From assembly GCA_030612025.1 (NCBI GenBank), contig JAUWOR010000002.1:64001-128000 (forward strand): a stretch of DNA of 64,000 nucleotides. Reading direction: 5' to 3'. The stretch is from Dehalococcoidia bacterium. GTDB lineage: Bacteria > Chloroflexota > Dehalococcoidia > GIF9 > AB-539-J10. Below the pieces are notes generated by a model that was not told the DNA's origin, ran no database searches, and saw only the letters and a program-made list of their open reading frames with translations. This document shows positions 1 to 10,002 of this stretch, piece after piece (positions within the stretch are counted from its first letter, which is position 1; each line of letters begins with the position of its first letter). The translations under genes and the position numbers were made by a program.

Positions 1-36
1 GCTTACCTTTATGACCACGGAATAGAAGATGAGTAA
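1..36 (+). CDS. 3' end of an upstream gene (partial, AYLYDHGIEDE*)
   Basis: Open frame from the window edge to TAA at 34-36; too short to identify. Confidence 0.3.
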   Translation, partial: AYLYDHGIEDE

Positions 37-66
37 CTCTCCTTTTAATAACTTTGCCATGCCGAC

Positions 67-94
67 TTTCAGGAAAATCTGAAAAATTTCACGC
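67..94. promoter_or_regulatory. Candidate operator: TTTCAG-N6-CTGAAA palindrome overlapping a Rex-like TGAA-N4-TTCAC box
   Basis: tttcaggaaaatctgaaa (67-84) and atctgaaaaatttcacgc (77-94) lie just upstream of the -35 of a redox operon. Confidence 0.35.
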
Positions 95-100
95 AAAGTA

Positions 101-130
101 TTGCCTTTTGCTTAATCTTTGTTTTATAAT
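101..130 (+). promoter_or_regulatory. sigma70-type promoter of the hdr operon
   Basis: TTGCCT(101-106)-N18-TATAAT(125-130). Confidence 0.55.
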
Positions 131-144
131 ACTTTCTCGTGCTT

Positions 145-188
145 AAAAAGGGATAGCTAGAGGGTTTTTACACTAGCTATCCTTTTTT
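145..188 (+). terminator. Terminator-like hairpin in the 5' leader
   Basis: aaaaagggatagctag-N12-ctagctatcctttttt, near-perfect stem ending in a T run. Confidence 0.6.
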
Positions 189-222
189 ATTGCCCATTTT
201 GGAAAGTGCGGTTTATGTTGAA

Positions 223-1371
223 ATGGAAGTGCTAAGCCCTTACAAGGAAGCTACAGAGGTAATAATTGAGGCTGGCGGTGAGCCTCTCAGATTGTGTTAC
301 CAATGTGGTATTTGCACCGGCATCTGTCCCTGGAATTTGGTTAGAGGCTTTATTGTTCGCCGTATTATTCATGAAGCTCAACTCGGAGCGACAGATTTTG
401 GCAGCGAAGAGGTCTGGCTTTGTGCTACCTGTCGGGCTTGTGTCCAGAGGTGCCCGCGCGGTGTAGAGATAATTGATGTTATGAGGGCCGCGCGCCGAGC
501 CGTAGTTAGTTTGGGCATTGGCATTGTCCCTGATGCCCTCAGAATCTCGGCCAAAAACATCGCTGGCGCTGGCAATCCACTTGGCGAAGCCCCAGAAAAA
601 CGAGGTGATTGGGCCAAGGATTTAGGGGTGAAAAAATTCTCGCCGGGCATGGAAATACTTTATTTCCCGTGTTGTGTTCCTGCATATGATCCTGATGTTA
701 AAGTGGTGTCTCGGGCTACCGCTACTATCCTCAGCAAATTAGGAGTAGATTTTGGCATTTTAGGCAGTGAGGAGAGATGCTGCGGTGAGGCAATCCGCAA
801 AGCTGGATATGAAGATACATTTCACAGCCTGGCTCAGAGCAATATTGCTGCCTTTAGTAGCAACGACGTTAAGACTGTAGTGGTCTCCTCACCGCATTGT
901 TACCACACCTTTAAGAATGAGTATCCTGAACTCGGAGGTGAATTCCAGGTAATTCATATCACTCAATACCTAGTCCAGCTTATTGACCAAGGGAGATTAA
1001 AGTTTTCTAAGGAAATAAATAAAAGGGTAATTTACTCTGATCCCTGTTATTTAGGACGGCACAATGGCATATACGACGAGCCAAGGAAGGTATTACAAAG
1101 TATTCCTGGCGTGGAATTAATTGAATTTCCTGATTCTCGTGAGGATAGTCTTTGTTGTGGTGGCGGTGGCGGCAGAATCTGGATGGAGACCGTGAAGGGA
1201 GAAAGATTTTCTGATATAAGGGTGGAGCAAGCTCTAGAGAAGGGCGCAGATATAATAGCTGTGGCTTGCCCTTACTGCTTCCTCAACTATAGGGATAGCG
1301 TGCTCACTATGGACAAGGCAGAGGTTATTGAGGTTAAAGATGTCTCGGAGCTTGTTGCTGAAGCAATGTAG
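223..1371 (+). CDS. HdrD/GlpC-like Fe-S oxidoreductase (HdrC-like ferredoxin plus two CCG domains)
   Basis: CYQCGICTGICP and CATCRACVQRCP; CCG motifs EERCCGE, DPCYLGRH, CCGGGGG, ACPYC; ATG at 223 preferred over TTG at 190. Confidence 0.85.
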   Translation: MEVLSPYKEATEVIIEAGGEPLRLCYQCGICTGICPWNLVRGFIVRRIIHEAQLGATDFGSEEVWLCATCRACVQRCPRGVEIIDVMRAARRAVVSLGIGIVPDALRISAKNIAGAGNPLGEAPEKRGDWAKDLGVKKFSPGMEILYFPCCVPAYDPDVKVVSRATATILSKLGVDFGILGSEERCCGEAIRKAGYEDTFHSLAQSNIAAFSSNDVKTVVVSSPHCYHTFKNEYPELGGEFQVIHITQYLVQLIDQGRLKFSKEINKRVIYSDPCYLGRHNGIYDEPRKVLQSIPGVELIEFPDSREDSLCCGGGGGRIWMETVKGERFSDIRVEQALEKGADIIAVACPYCFLNYRDSVLTMDKAEVIEVKDVSELVAEAM

Positions 1372-1389
1372 CCAAGAGAGAGGGATGAA

Positions 1390-3378
1390 ATGGAAGAGGT
1401 AAAGATTGGTGTTTATGTTTGCCATTGTGGATTAAATATTGCCGGCACGGTAGATGTAGAAGAGGTAGCTAAGTATGCAGCAACCTTACCTTCGGTGGTG
1501 GTGTCCCGTGACTACAGGTATATGTGCTCTGATCCGGGGCAGGATCTGATCAAAAATGATATTAAAGAGTATGGACTTAATCGAGTTGTGGTTGCTTCCT
1601 GCTCCCCAAGGATGCACGAGCCTACCTTCCGCAATGCTTGTCAAGAGGGGGGGCTAAATCCTTATCTCTATGAGCATGCCAATATCAGGGAACACTGTTC
1701 CTGGGTTCACGATGATAAGAAGATAAATACTGAAAAGGCTAAAGATTTGGTAAGAGCGGCAGTAAAGCGAGTTTACCATCATGAGCCTTTAGAGGTTAAG
1801 GAGGCGCCGGTTAACCCTAACGTCTTGGTTGTTGGCGGAGGTATCGCTGGAATTCAGGCTGCTTTGGACATCGCCAACGGTGAAAAGAGGGTCTATCTCG
1901 TGGAGCGGGAACCTAGTATTGGTGGGCACATGATTCAGCTTGATAGGACCTTCCCTACTTTAGACTGCTCTGAATGCATTCTTACCCCAAAGATGGCTGA
2001 TGTGGGGCACCATCCTTTCATCGAGCTTCTAGCCTATAGTGAAGTGGAGGAGGTTTCCGGATCCATAGGCCAATTTAAGGTCAAGGTGAGAAAGAAAGCT
2101 AGACATATAGATGAGAGTAAATGCGTCGGCTGTGGAATTTGTGAGGAGAAATGCCCTTGGAAAGTGCCGAGTGAGTTCGAGATGGGCTTGGCAATGAGAA
2201 AGGCGATTTATATTCCCTTTGCCCAAGCTATCCCCAATCTAGTAACAGTAGACCCAGATCTCTGTGTCTATATTCAATCAAATGGGAAGAAATGTGGAGC
2301 TTGTATAAAGTTCTGTGAAGCGAAAGCCATAACCCCTGAGACTCTTCTTAATCAAACCGACCAAATCATTGAGCTTGAGGTGGGCTCGATCATTGTTGCC
2401 ACCGGCTATGACCAATTTGATCCCTCTGTTATACCTCAATATGGATATGGAAAGTATGACAACGTGTTAACGGGACTTCAATTTGAGAGGATGACCTGTG
2501 CTGCGGGGCCGACTGGTGGCAAAGTTCTATTGAAAGATGGCAGAGAACCAGAGAGTATGGCTATCATACACTGCGTTGGCAGTCGAGACCAGAATTACCA
2601 TGAGTATTGCTCCCGAGTTTGTTGCATGTATGGTCTCAAATATGCCCACTTAATAAAAGAGTTTACTAAAGCCGATGTGTATGAATTTTATATTGATATG
2701 CGTTGCTTTGGAGAAGGTTATGAGGAATTTTACAAACGCTGCTCAGAAGAGGGGGTTAATTTCATAAGGGGCAAGGTAGCCAAGGTTACAGACCAGGCTG
2801 CAACTGAGGAAGAAAAGGGAAAGTTAATCGTAGTTGCTGAGGATACACTTCTAGGAAGGCTGATACGCGTTCCCGTAGATATGGTTATCCTATGTGCTGC
2901 TCTGGAGGCGAGGGCCGATGCTGACAAGGTTGCTAGCCTCTTCACCCTCAATCGGAGGGCAGACGGCTTTTTCCTAGAGAGGCATGTTAAGCTTGACCCT
3001 GTGGCTACGCCAACTGACGGAGTTTTTATCGCCGGTTGTTGCGAAGGACCAAGAGACATACCCGATACTGTAGCTCAAGCTGAAGCAACAGCAGCTAAAG
3101 CTTTATCCCTAATAAGCAAAGGCAAAATCACACTTGAATCCGCCATAGCTAATGTAGATGAGACTCGATGTTTAGGTTGTGGACGATGTGAAGAGATATG
3201 CACTTTCCACGCCCCTAAAGTCATTAGCAAGAACGGGGTCATGGTTTCTGAGATAAATGAGACCTTGTGCAAGGGCTGTGGCGCCTGTGCTGTTGTCTGT
3301 CCCACAGGGGCAATGGTGATTAGGCATTATAAGCCTGAACAAATAATGAGTCAGGTCGGTGCTTTAATGGAAGTATAA
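1390..3378 (+). CDS. hdrA: Heterodisulfide reductase subunit A (full length)
   Basis: IGVYVCHCG N-terminus, VVGGGIAG FAD motif, LDRTFPTLDC, HCVGSRD, YCSRVCC, inserted and C-terminal ferredoxin domains. Confidence 0.95.
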   Translation: MEEVKIGVYVCHCGLNIAGTVDVEEVAKYAATLPSVVVSRDYRYMCSDPGQDLIKNDIKEYGLNRVVVASCSPRMHEPTFRNACQEGGLNPYLYEHANIREHCSWVHDDKKINTEKAKDLVRAAVKRVYHHEPLEVKEAPVNPNVLVVGGGIAGIQAALDIANGEKRVYLVEREPSIGGHMIQLDRTFPTLDCSECILTPKMADVGHHPFIELLAYSEVEEVSGSIGQFKVKVRKKARHIDESKCVGCGICEEKCPWKVPSEFEMGLAMRKAIYIPFAQAIPNLVTVDPDLCVYIQSNGKKCGACIKFCEAKAITPETLLNQTDQIIELEVGSIIVATGYDQFDPSVIPQYGYGKYDNVLTGLQFERMTCAAGPTGGKVLLKDGREPESMAIIHCVGSRDQNYHEYCSRVCCMYGLKYAHLIKEFTKADVYEFYIDMRCFGEGYEEFYKRCSEEGVNFIRGKVAKVTDQAATEEEKGKLIVVAEDTLLGRLIRVPVDMVILCAALEARADADKVASLFTLNRRADGFFLERHVKLDPVATPTDGVFIAGCCEGPRDIPDTVAQAEATAAKALSLISKGKITLESAIANVDETRCLGCGRCEEICTFHAPKVISKNGVMVSEINETLCKGCGACAVVCPTGAMVIRHYKPEQIMSQVGALMEV

Positions 3379-3380
3379 TA

Positions 3381-3809
3381 ATGGCTGAATTTGAACCTCA
3401 GATCATTGCCTTTACCTGCAATTGGTGCACCTATGCTGCAGCCGATTTAGCTGGAACAAGCCGCATTCATTACCCAGCAAATGTCAGGATTGTAAGGGTG
3501 ATGTGCAGCGGCATGGTAAACCCCATGTATGTCTTTAAAGCCTTTGAGGGTGGTGCCGATGGAGTCATAGTCGCTGGGTGTAACTATACAGACTGCCATT
3601 ACATCGATGGCCCGGTAAAGTGTGATGCCATGTTTGCCAGGCTGAAGAAGATGGTCCTCATACTTGGCTTAGAGGAGGAGAGGTTAAGGCGTGAGATGAT
3701 TTCCACCTCTGAGGGAGTAATATTTGCTCGAGTAGTTGAGGAGATGGTGGAGCAACTCAAGAAATTAGGCCCTTCACCTTTTAAAATTAAAATGGAGACT
3801 CTGGCGTGA
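3381..3809 (+). CDS. mvhD: Methyl-viologen-reducing hydrogenase delta subunit (copy 1)
   Basis: IIAFTCNWCTYAAADLAG, RVMCSG, GCNYTDCHY. Confidence 0.92.
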   Translation: MAEFEPQIIAFTCNWCTYAAADLAGTSRIHYPANVRIVRVMCSGMVNPMYVFKAFEGGADGVIVAGCNYTDCHYIDGPVKCDAMFARLKKMVLILGLEEERLRREMISTSEGVIFARVVEEMVEQLKKLGPSPFKIKMETLA

Positions 3810-4954
3810 ATTTAGAGGATATTATTCAAGAAACTAAGACCTACTATTGTTTGGAGTGTGGCAAGTGTTCCAGCCTATGCCCTATTTCAAGGTATGATCC
3901 TCAGTATTCGCCACGAGTGATGGTAGAGAATGCCTTGCTTGGACTCGAAGATGAGATAGTTTACAATAAAAAGCTCTTTTCCTGCCTTACATGCTATACC
4001 TGCCAGCTCAAATGCCCCTCTGATGTAGATTATCCTTTATTCATTCAGAAAGCACGGGTTTTAGCCACAGCAGCAGGGCAACACGGGGATTATGCCCATT
4101 CAGGCACCTTGCAATCCATTGCCATGCTTATGGCAAGGTCGCCACTCAAGCAAAATAGATTGGAGTGGCTTAAGAAGGATGGGTATCGCACTTCAGAGAA
4201 GAGCGACGTCATGTTATTCATTGGCTGCTCCCCCTATTTCGAGCCCGTTTTTGAGGACATCCCGATGAGAACGCTAAACATCGCCGAGGCAAGCCTGAAG
4301 GTTCTCAATTCTCTAGGGATAGAGCCTTTGGTGCATCCTGATGAGAGATGCTGTGGGCACGATGCTCTGTGGGTGGGAGATATGGAGACTTTCAAGAAGC
4401 TAGCGGAGCACAATGCTGCCCTTATAAAGGAAAGCGGTGTAAAGAAAGTTATTTTCTTCTGCCCTGAGGGTTATCGCACCTTTAAATTGGATTATCCCAA
4501 TTATGTCAAACTAGATTGCGAGGTTATGCATATTTCCGAACTTTTGGCTCAGAGGCTGGAAACAGAGGGCTTACGCTTTAACGAAGTCAAAAAGAAAGTC
4601 ACTTACCAAGACCCTTGCCGCTTAGGAAGACATTTGGGGATTTACGATGCTCCGAGGAAAGTGCTACAGGCTATCCCTGGGATAGAGCTCGTGGAAATGG
4701 AACATAATAGAGAGGAATCCATCTGCTGTGGCACGAGCTGTTTTACCAATTGCGATTCATATTCCAAGCAGATAAGGGTGGAGAGGCTGCTTGAAGCTAA
4801 AGCCACTGGGGCGGAGACCTTAATCACCTCTTGCCCCAAATGTCAAACCCATTTCAGATGCGCTATGGTGAACAAGGGTGAGGAGAAAGGCCCTGATATA
4901 GAAATAGAGCTTATGGATTTGGTTAATCTGGTAGCAACTTCCCTGGGAGGCTAA
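3806..4954 (+). CDS. Second HdrD-like Fe-S oxidoreductase
   Basis: CLECGKCSSLCP, CLTCYTCQLKCP, ERCCGH, DPCRLGRH, CCGT, SCPKC. Confidence 0.85.
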   Translation: MNLEDIIQETKTYYCLECGKCSSLCPISRYDPQYSPRVMVENALLGLEDEIVYNKKLFSCLTCYTCQLKCPSDVDYPLFIQKARVLATAAGQHGDYAHSGTLQSIAMLMARSPLKQNRLEWLKKDGYRTSEKSDVMLFIGCSPYFEPVFEDIPMRTLNIAEASLKVLNSLGIEPLVHPDERCCGHDALWVGDMETFKKLAEHNAALIKESGVKKVIFFCPEGYRTFKLDYPNYVKLDCEVMHISELLAQRLETEGLRFNEVKKKVTYQDPCRLGRHLGIYDAPRKVLQAIPGIELVEMEHNREESICCGTSCFTNCDSYSKQIRVERLLEAKATGAETLITSCPKCQTHFRCAMVNKGEEKGPDIEIELMDLVNLVATSLGG

Positions 4955-4956
4955 GA

Positions 4957-7686
4957 ATGAATGGGCAAAATGGACATAAATCAGTCTTAGTGATTGGTGG
5001 TGGCATTGCCGGCATTCAAGCCTCGCTCGACTTAGCTAATATGGGTTTTAAAGTTTATCTGGTGGAAAAGTCACCTAGCATTGGGGGGAGGATGGCACAG
5101 CTAGATAAGACCTTTCCCACTAATGATTGTGCCATGTGCATTCTCGCCCCTAGGATGATAGAAGCGAACTCTCACTCTAATATAGACCTTTATACTTATT
5201 CTGAAGTGGAGGATGTCTCTGGAGAGGTTGGCGACTTCAAAGTCAAGATAAAGAGGAATTCACCTTTTGTTGATTGGAGTAAATGCACTGGATGTGGTCT
5301 CTGCGAGGAGGGATGCCCTGTTATCCTGCCCAAGGAATTCGATCAAGGACTTGGGAAAAGAAAAGCTATCTTTATCCCCTTCCCTCAGGCTGTTCCTAAG
5401 AAATATACCATTGATAAGAGGGAGGAGAGGCCATGTAAAGCAGCCTGCATGGATGCTTGCCCTGCTCATACTAATGTGCTGGGTTATATCAAGCTAATTG
5501 CCGAAGGGGAGTTTCAAGAGGCTTATAAGCTTATAAGGGATACAAATCCTCTCCCGGCATCCGTTGGTCGAGTTTGCTACGCTCCCTGTGAGGAAGCTTG
5601 TAATCGAGGGCAGCTTGACGAGCCTATGGCTATCCGCGACCTTAAGAGATTTGCTGCCGACCAAGTGGATATTGAGGAGCTTGAAGTTCCGACTATTACC
5701 AAAACCGATAAGAAGGTAGCGATTGTAGGCTCAGGCCCTGCAGGTCTCGCTGCTGCCAATGACCTTGCCTTGAAAGGGCATGATGTGACTATCTTTGAGG
5801 CTCTTCCCGAACCTGGAGGTATGCTTCGCGTCGGCATCCCTGAATATCGCCTTCCAAAAGAGATTTTGCGGAAGGAGATAGGCTACATCCAGAAGCTTGG
5901 TGTAGAGATAAGAACAGGGGTTCAGGTTGGCAAAGATATTGCGCTGGAAGAATTAAGGAGAAACTATGATGCCCTTTTTATTGCCGCTGGAGCTCACGGT
6001 GGGATGAGACTCAGGGTGGAGGGGGAGGAGCTTCCTGGGGTGATAGAAGGGATAAGATTCCTGCGCGCGGTGAACCTTGGTGAGAAGGTAGAGGTAGGGA
6101 AGAAGACAGCAGTGATTGGCGGAGGGAATACTGCTGTAGACTGTGCTAGAACAGCAAAGCGCCTTGGAGCAGAAGCGGTAAAAATAGTGTATCGTCGTTC
6201 CCGAAGTGAGATGCCAGCTTCTGCAGAAGAAACAGCAGCAGTGGAGGAGGAAGGGATACCAATTGAATTTCTAACCACCCCAACCCGCTTCTTTCCAGAA
6301 AACGGGAAACTTGCCAAGATGGAGTGCGTAAAGATGAAGCTTGGGGAGCCAGATGCCAGCGGTCGTCCTCGACCCATCCCTATCGAGGGCTCCGAGTTCA
6401 CTACTTCGGTGGATACGGTGATTGCTGCTCTTGGCCAGGCTCCGGAAACGGAATTCGTTAAGGAGTTCGGGATCTCGCTCTCCAAGAGAGGCATGATAGA
6501 AATTGATCCTGAGACCGGGGCGACTAACATTGAGGGAGTCTTCGCCGGGGGGGATGTAGTTACCGGACCTGCTTTCGTGATTGATGCCATAGCAGCAGGA
6601 AAAAGGGCGGCTCGCTCCATAGATCGGCATTTGAAAGGAGAGCCTATTGAGGTTAAAGAGGAGGGAAAAGAGCCGGAGAAGCTCTCTGAGGAGGAGGTTG
6701 AGGATAGGAAGAAACGCTTCCCCTCCCAAAAACGGGTGAAGCTGAGAGATGAGCCTATCGGGGAGAGAATAAAGGACTTTCGTGAGGTTTCTTTAGGTTA
6801 TACCGTGGAAGAGGCCATAGAGGAGGCTTCACGCTGCCTTGCAGGACAAATAGAAGGGTGCATCGAGTGTCATGAATGCGCGAAGCGATGCGAGGCAAAT
6901 GCGATAGCTTACACGATGCAAGACGAACACATCGAAATCGATGTCGGTGCGATAATCCTCGCCACAGGCCTTGACCTCTACGATGTCTCACCATTAACGG
7001 AATATGGCTATGGAAAGATAAAGAATGTCGTCACCGCGATAGAATTTGAGAGATTAACTGCAGCATCAGGACCCACTTTCGGAGAGCTCAAGCGCCCTTC
7101 GGACGGAAAGATTCCCCATGCTATAGCCTTCATTCAGTGTGTTGGCTCTCGTGATTTCAAACACAAAGCATACTGCTCCAGTGTCTGCTGCATGCATGCT
7201 ACCAAGGAAGCGATACTAGCCTACGAACATCATCCAGGGACAAAATCCACCATCTTCTATATGGACTTAAGGGCTGTAGGCAAAAGATTCCAAGAATATG
7301 TCACCAGGGCGAAAGAGGAGTACAACGTGACATATATCCGGAGTCGTCCTGGTAGGGTCGCGGTCAACCCGGAAAACCAAAATCCCATCGTGTGGTATGA
7401 GGACACCACTACTACGGAAACAAAGAATATGGAAGTAGATTTAGTGGTTCTTTGTCAGGCAATGACCCCCCGAGGCAGCAAGGAATTAGCAGAGATATTA
7501 GGCATAGAGCTAAATGAATATGGCTTTGTAGAGGTTCCTGATAAATTGTCCCACCCAGTAGATAGCACCAGACCGGGAATATTTGCCTGTGGCTATGTTC
7601 ACAGCCCCAGGGATATCCCAGACTCTGTAACACAAGGGTCAGGGGCAGCAGCTAGAGCAGCCGAGGTCATAGCAGGAGGTAGTTGA
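4957..7686 (+). CDS. HdrL-like protein: HdrA core with inserted GltD/NfnL-like NAD(P)H-binding module
   Basis: VIGGGIAG and LDKTFPTNDCAMC; internal CPAH, GRVCYAPCE, VGSGPAG, GIPEYRLP, IGGGNTAVD; returns to HdrA motifs QCVGSRD, YCSSVCC. Confidence 0.88.
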   Translation: MNGQNGHKSVLVIGGGIAGIQASLDLANMGFKVYLVEKSPSIGGRMAQLDKTFPTNDCAMCILAPRMIEANSHSNIDLYTYSEVEDVSGEVGDFKVKIKRNSPFVDWSKCTGCGLCEEGCPVILPKEFDQGLGKRKAIFIPFPQAVPKKYTIDKREERPCKAACMDACPAHTNVLGYIKLIAEGEFQEAYKLIRDTNPLPASVGRVCYAPCEEACNRGQLDEPMAIRDLKRFAADQVDIEELEVPTITKTDKKVAIVGSGPAGLAAANDLALKGHDVTIFEALPEPGGMLRVGIPEYRLPKEILRKEIGYIQKLGVEIRTGVQVGKDIALEELRRNYDALFIAAGAHGGMRLRVEGEELPGVIEGIRFLRAVNLGEKVEVGKKTAVIGGGNTAVDCARTAKRLGAEAVKIVYRRSRSEMPASAEETAAVEEEGIPIEFLTTPTRFFPENGKLAKMECVKMKLGEPDASGRPRPIPIEGSEFTTSVDTVIAALGQAPETEFVKEFGISLSKRGMIEIDPETGATNIEGVFAGGDVVTGPAFVIDAIAAGKRAARSIDRHLKGEPIEVKEEGKEPEKLSEEEVEDRKKRFPSQKRVKLRDEPIGERIKDFREVSLGYTVEEAIEEASRCLAGQIEGCIECHECAKRCEANAIAYTMQDEHIEIDVGAIILATGLDLYDVSPLTEYGYGKIKNVVTAIEFERLTAASGPTFGELKRPSDGKIPHAIAFIQCVGSRDFKHKAYCSSVCCMHATKEAILAYEHHPGTKSTIFYMDLRAVGKRFQEYVTRAKEEYNVTYIRSRPGRVAVNPENQNPIVWYEDTTTTETKNMEVDLVVLCQAMTPRGSKELAEILGIELNEYGFVEVPDKLSHPVDSTRPGIFACGYVHSPRDIPDSVTQGSGAAARAAEVIAGGS

Positions 7687-7687
7687 C

Positions 7688-9367
7688 GTGGAAGAAGCTC
7701 GTATCGGGGTTTTCGTCTGCCATTGTGGCACAAATATTGGAGCATATGTGGATGTTCCTGAGGTAGTGGAATATGTCAAGGGGCTCCCCAATGTAGTTCA
7801 TGCCGAGCGCAATTTATTTACTTGCTCTGAGGAAGGAATCTCAGCAATAAAGAAAGCAATCCCAGAGTATAGCTTAAATCGGGTTATAGTAGCCTCTTGC
7901 ACCCCGAGAACCCATGAGCCACTATTCAGGGCTGCCTGTGAGGAAGCAGGCTTGAATAAATATCTCTTCGAATTTGTCAATATAAGAGACCAGTGCTCTT
8001 GGGTGCATATGCGTGAGCCAGAGAAAGCAACCGAAAAGGCTAAAGAGCTCATCAGGATGGGAGTAGCCAAGGCAAGGCTTCTCCAGCCACTGGAGGAGAT
8101 TGAGATCCCGGTGACTCCATCGTGCTTGGTCATGGGTGGCGGCGTGGTTGGGATAAGTGCTGCCTTGAATCTAGCTGAGCAAGGCTTTGAAGTCCATCTA
8201 GTGGAGAAGGAAGGGAAGCTTGGTGGCACTCTTCTGGATGTGTATAAACTCTTCACTACAAATGAAGAGGCGAGTAAATTACTGGGACCACTTGTCCAAA
8301 AAGTAAAGGACCACAGCAAGATTAAGACCCATCTCTCCACTAAAGTAAGGGATGTGAGTGGGTTTATAGGGAACTTCGATGCTACTTTAGAGGAGGATGG
8401 GAAGGAGAGCAAGCTCAAAGTTGGCACCATCATTGTTGCCATTGGCGCTGAGGAACTAAAGCCACTAGGTCAGTATGGTTATGGCAACTTTCCCAACGTC
8501 ATCACCCAACTTGAGCTAGAACAGCAGATGAGGAAAGAGGGGTTTGATGGGCAAAATGTAGTGATGATCAACTGCGTTGGGGCAAGAGTTCCTGAGCGAA
8601 CGTATTGCAGCAGATTCTGTTGCATGACAGCAGTCAAGAATGCCACCTTAATTAAGGAAAGTAATCCTACTTCTAAGGTCTGGCTCCTGCACCGCGATTT
8701 AATGGCCTACGGGGTAGAGTTTGAAAATTATTATCGCAAATCCATGGAGCAAGGTGTTAGATTTATAAGATATGAACTGGAAAAGCCGCCCCGAGTCATC
8801 GGGAATGGGAAGGCTGAGAAGGTGAATGTATGGCACCAGTTGAGGGGCAGAGAGGTAGAGCTCTCTGTGGATACAGTAGTGCTCACCACTCCCTTAATTC
8901 CCCGAGCCGACAACGAGGAAATCTCCAAGATGCTTAAAGTCCCTTTGAGTGAGCAAGGGTTCTTCCTTGAGGCACATCTTAAATTGATGCCAGTTGAATT
9001 TGCCACCGATGGCATCTACCTTTGTGGCTCTGCCAGGTGGCCAACAGACATTGCTGAGGGTGTTTGTCAGGCTTATGCTGCTGCGGCAAAAGCAGCAATT
9101 CCCATGAGAAGGGGCTATGTGAAACCTGAGGCGATAACCGCCTTGGTTGATGAGGATAAGTGCTCAGGCTGTGGGATTTGTGAACCTTTATGCCCCTTCA
9201 AAGCCATTGAGCTTCAGTCCCGAGATGGTAAAAGGGTGTCTCATGTCAGTGAAGCCGTATGCAAAGGTTGCGGCACTTGTGGTGCTGCCTGCCCCTCCAG
9301 AGCGATTACTATGAACCATTTTAGAGATGTGGAGATTCTAGCTCAGATAGAAGCTTTGTTTAGTTAA
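7688..9367 (+). CDS. hdrA: HdrA-like (QmoB-like) subunit lacking the inserted ferredoxin
   Basis: IGVFVCHCG, ASCTPRTHE, NIRDQCSWVH, YCSRFCC, C-terminal 2x[4Fe-4S]. Confidence 0.88.
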   Translation: MEEARIGVFVCHCGTNIGAYVDVPEVVEYVKGLPNVVHAERNLFTCSEEGISAIKKAIPEYSLNRVIVASCTPRTHEPLFRAACEEAGLNKYLFEFVNIRDQCSWVHMREPEKATEKAKELIRMGVAKARLLQPLEEIEIPVTPSCLVMGGGVVGISAALNLAEQGFEVHLVEKEGKLGGTLLDVYKLFTTNEEASKLLGPLVQKVKDHSKIKTHLSTKVRDVSGFIGNFDATLEEDGKESKLKVGTIIVAIGAEELKPLGQYGYGNFPNVITQLELEQQMRKEGFDGQNVVMINCVGARVPERTYCSRFCCMTAVKNATLIKESNPTSKVWLLHRDLMAYGVEFENYYRKSMEQGVRFIRYELEKPPRVIGNGKAEKVNVWHQLRGREVELSVDTVVLTTPLIPRADNEEISKMLKVPLSEQGFFLEAHLKLMPVEFATDGIYLCGSARWPTDIAEGVCQAYAAAAKAAIPMRRGYVKPEAITALVDEDKCSGCGICEPLCPFKAIELQSRDGKRVSHVSEAVCKGCGTCGAACPSRAITMNHFRDVEILAQIEALFS

Positions 9368-9397
9368 TCTAATTAAAGAAAGGAGGTAATAGAAAAG

Positions 9398-9589
9398 GTG
9401 CCTTTTAATCCACCACAAAGGATGACCTTAATGGCAGGAAACATAAGGGTCTATAAGGCGAAACTGCCGGTATTTCAATTACTTCTCTGTGGATTTATGG
9501 CAGGGCTTTACATCGCTATGGGGGCAGCATTGTGCACTATATGTGGCACTGGTCTTTTAAAAGGAGCTAATTACCATGGAGGAGTTTGA
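9398..9589 (+). pseudogene. N-terminal remnant of a formate/nitrite transporter (FdhC/FocA family)
   Basis: Strong RBS gaaaggaggt; KAKLPVFQLLLCGFMAGLYIAMGAAL resembles FNT helix 1; ORF is only 63 aa. Confidence 0.7.
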
Positions 9590-9980
9590 GCCAAAGATAA
9601 TCGCATTTCTATGTAATTGGTGCTCTTATGCTGGCGCTGATTTAGCCGGTACCTCGCGGATTCAGTATGCTCCTAATGTGCGGGTAATTCGAGTTATGTG
9701 CAGCGGGCGGGTTGATCCTACCTTTGTAATTAAAGCCCTCAGGGCCGGGGCAGATGGTGTATTGATTGGCGGTTGCCATTTTGGCGACTGCCACTATATA
9801 GAGGGAAACTATAAAGCGGCTCGACGTGTTGCTTTATTGAAAAAGATGCTTGGGCAACTAGGGATTGAAGAGGAACGAGTGTGGCTGGAATGGATATCTG
9901 CTGCCGAAGGGAGCCGCTTTGCCCAGGTCATTAACAACATAACAGCCAAGGTAAAAGAGCTGGGACCTTTTGTCCGTTAA
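9576..9980 (+). CDS. mvhD: Methyl-viologen-reducing hydrogenase delta subunit (copy 2)
   Basis: FLCNWCSYAGADLAG, CSGRVDP, GCHFGDCHYIEGN. Confidence 0.95.
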   Translation: MEEFEPKIIAFLCNWCSYAGADLAGTSRIQYAPNVRVIRVMCSGRVDPTFVIKALRAGADGVLIGGCHFGDCHYIEGNYKAARRVALLKKMLGQLGIEEERVWLEWISAAEGSRFAQVINNITAKVKELGPFVR

Positions 9981-10002
9981 AATAGTAACTAGGAGGCGTA
10001 AC

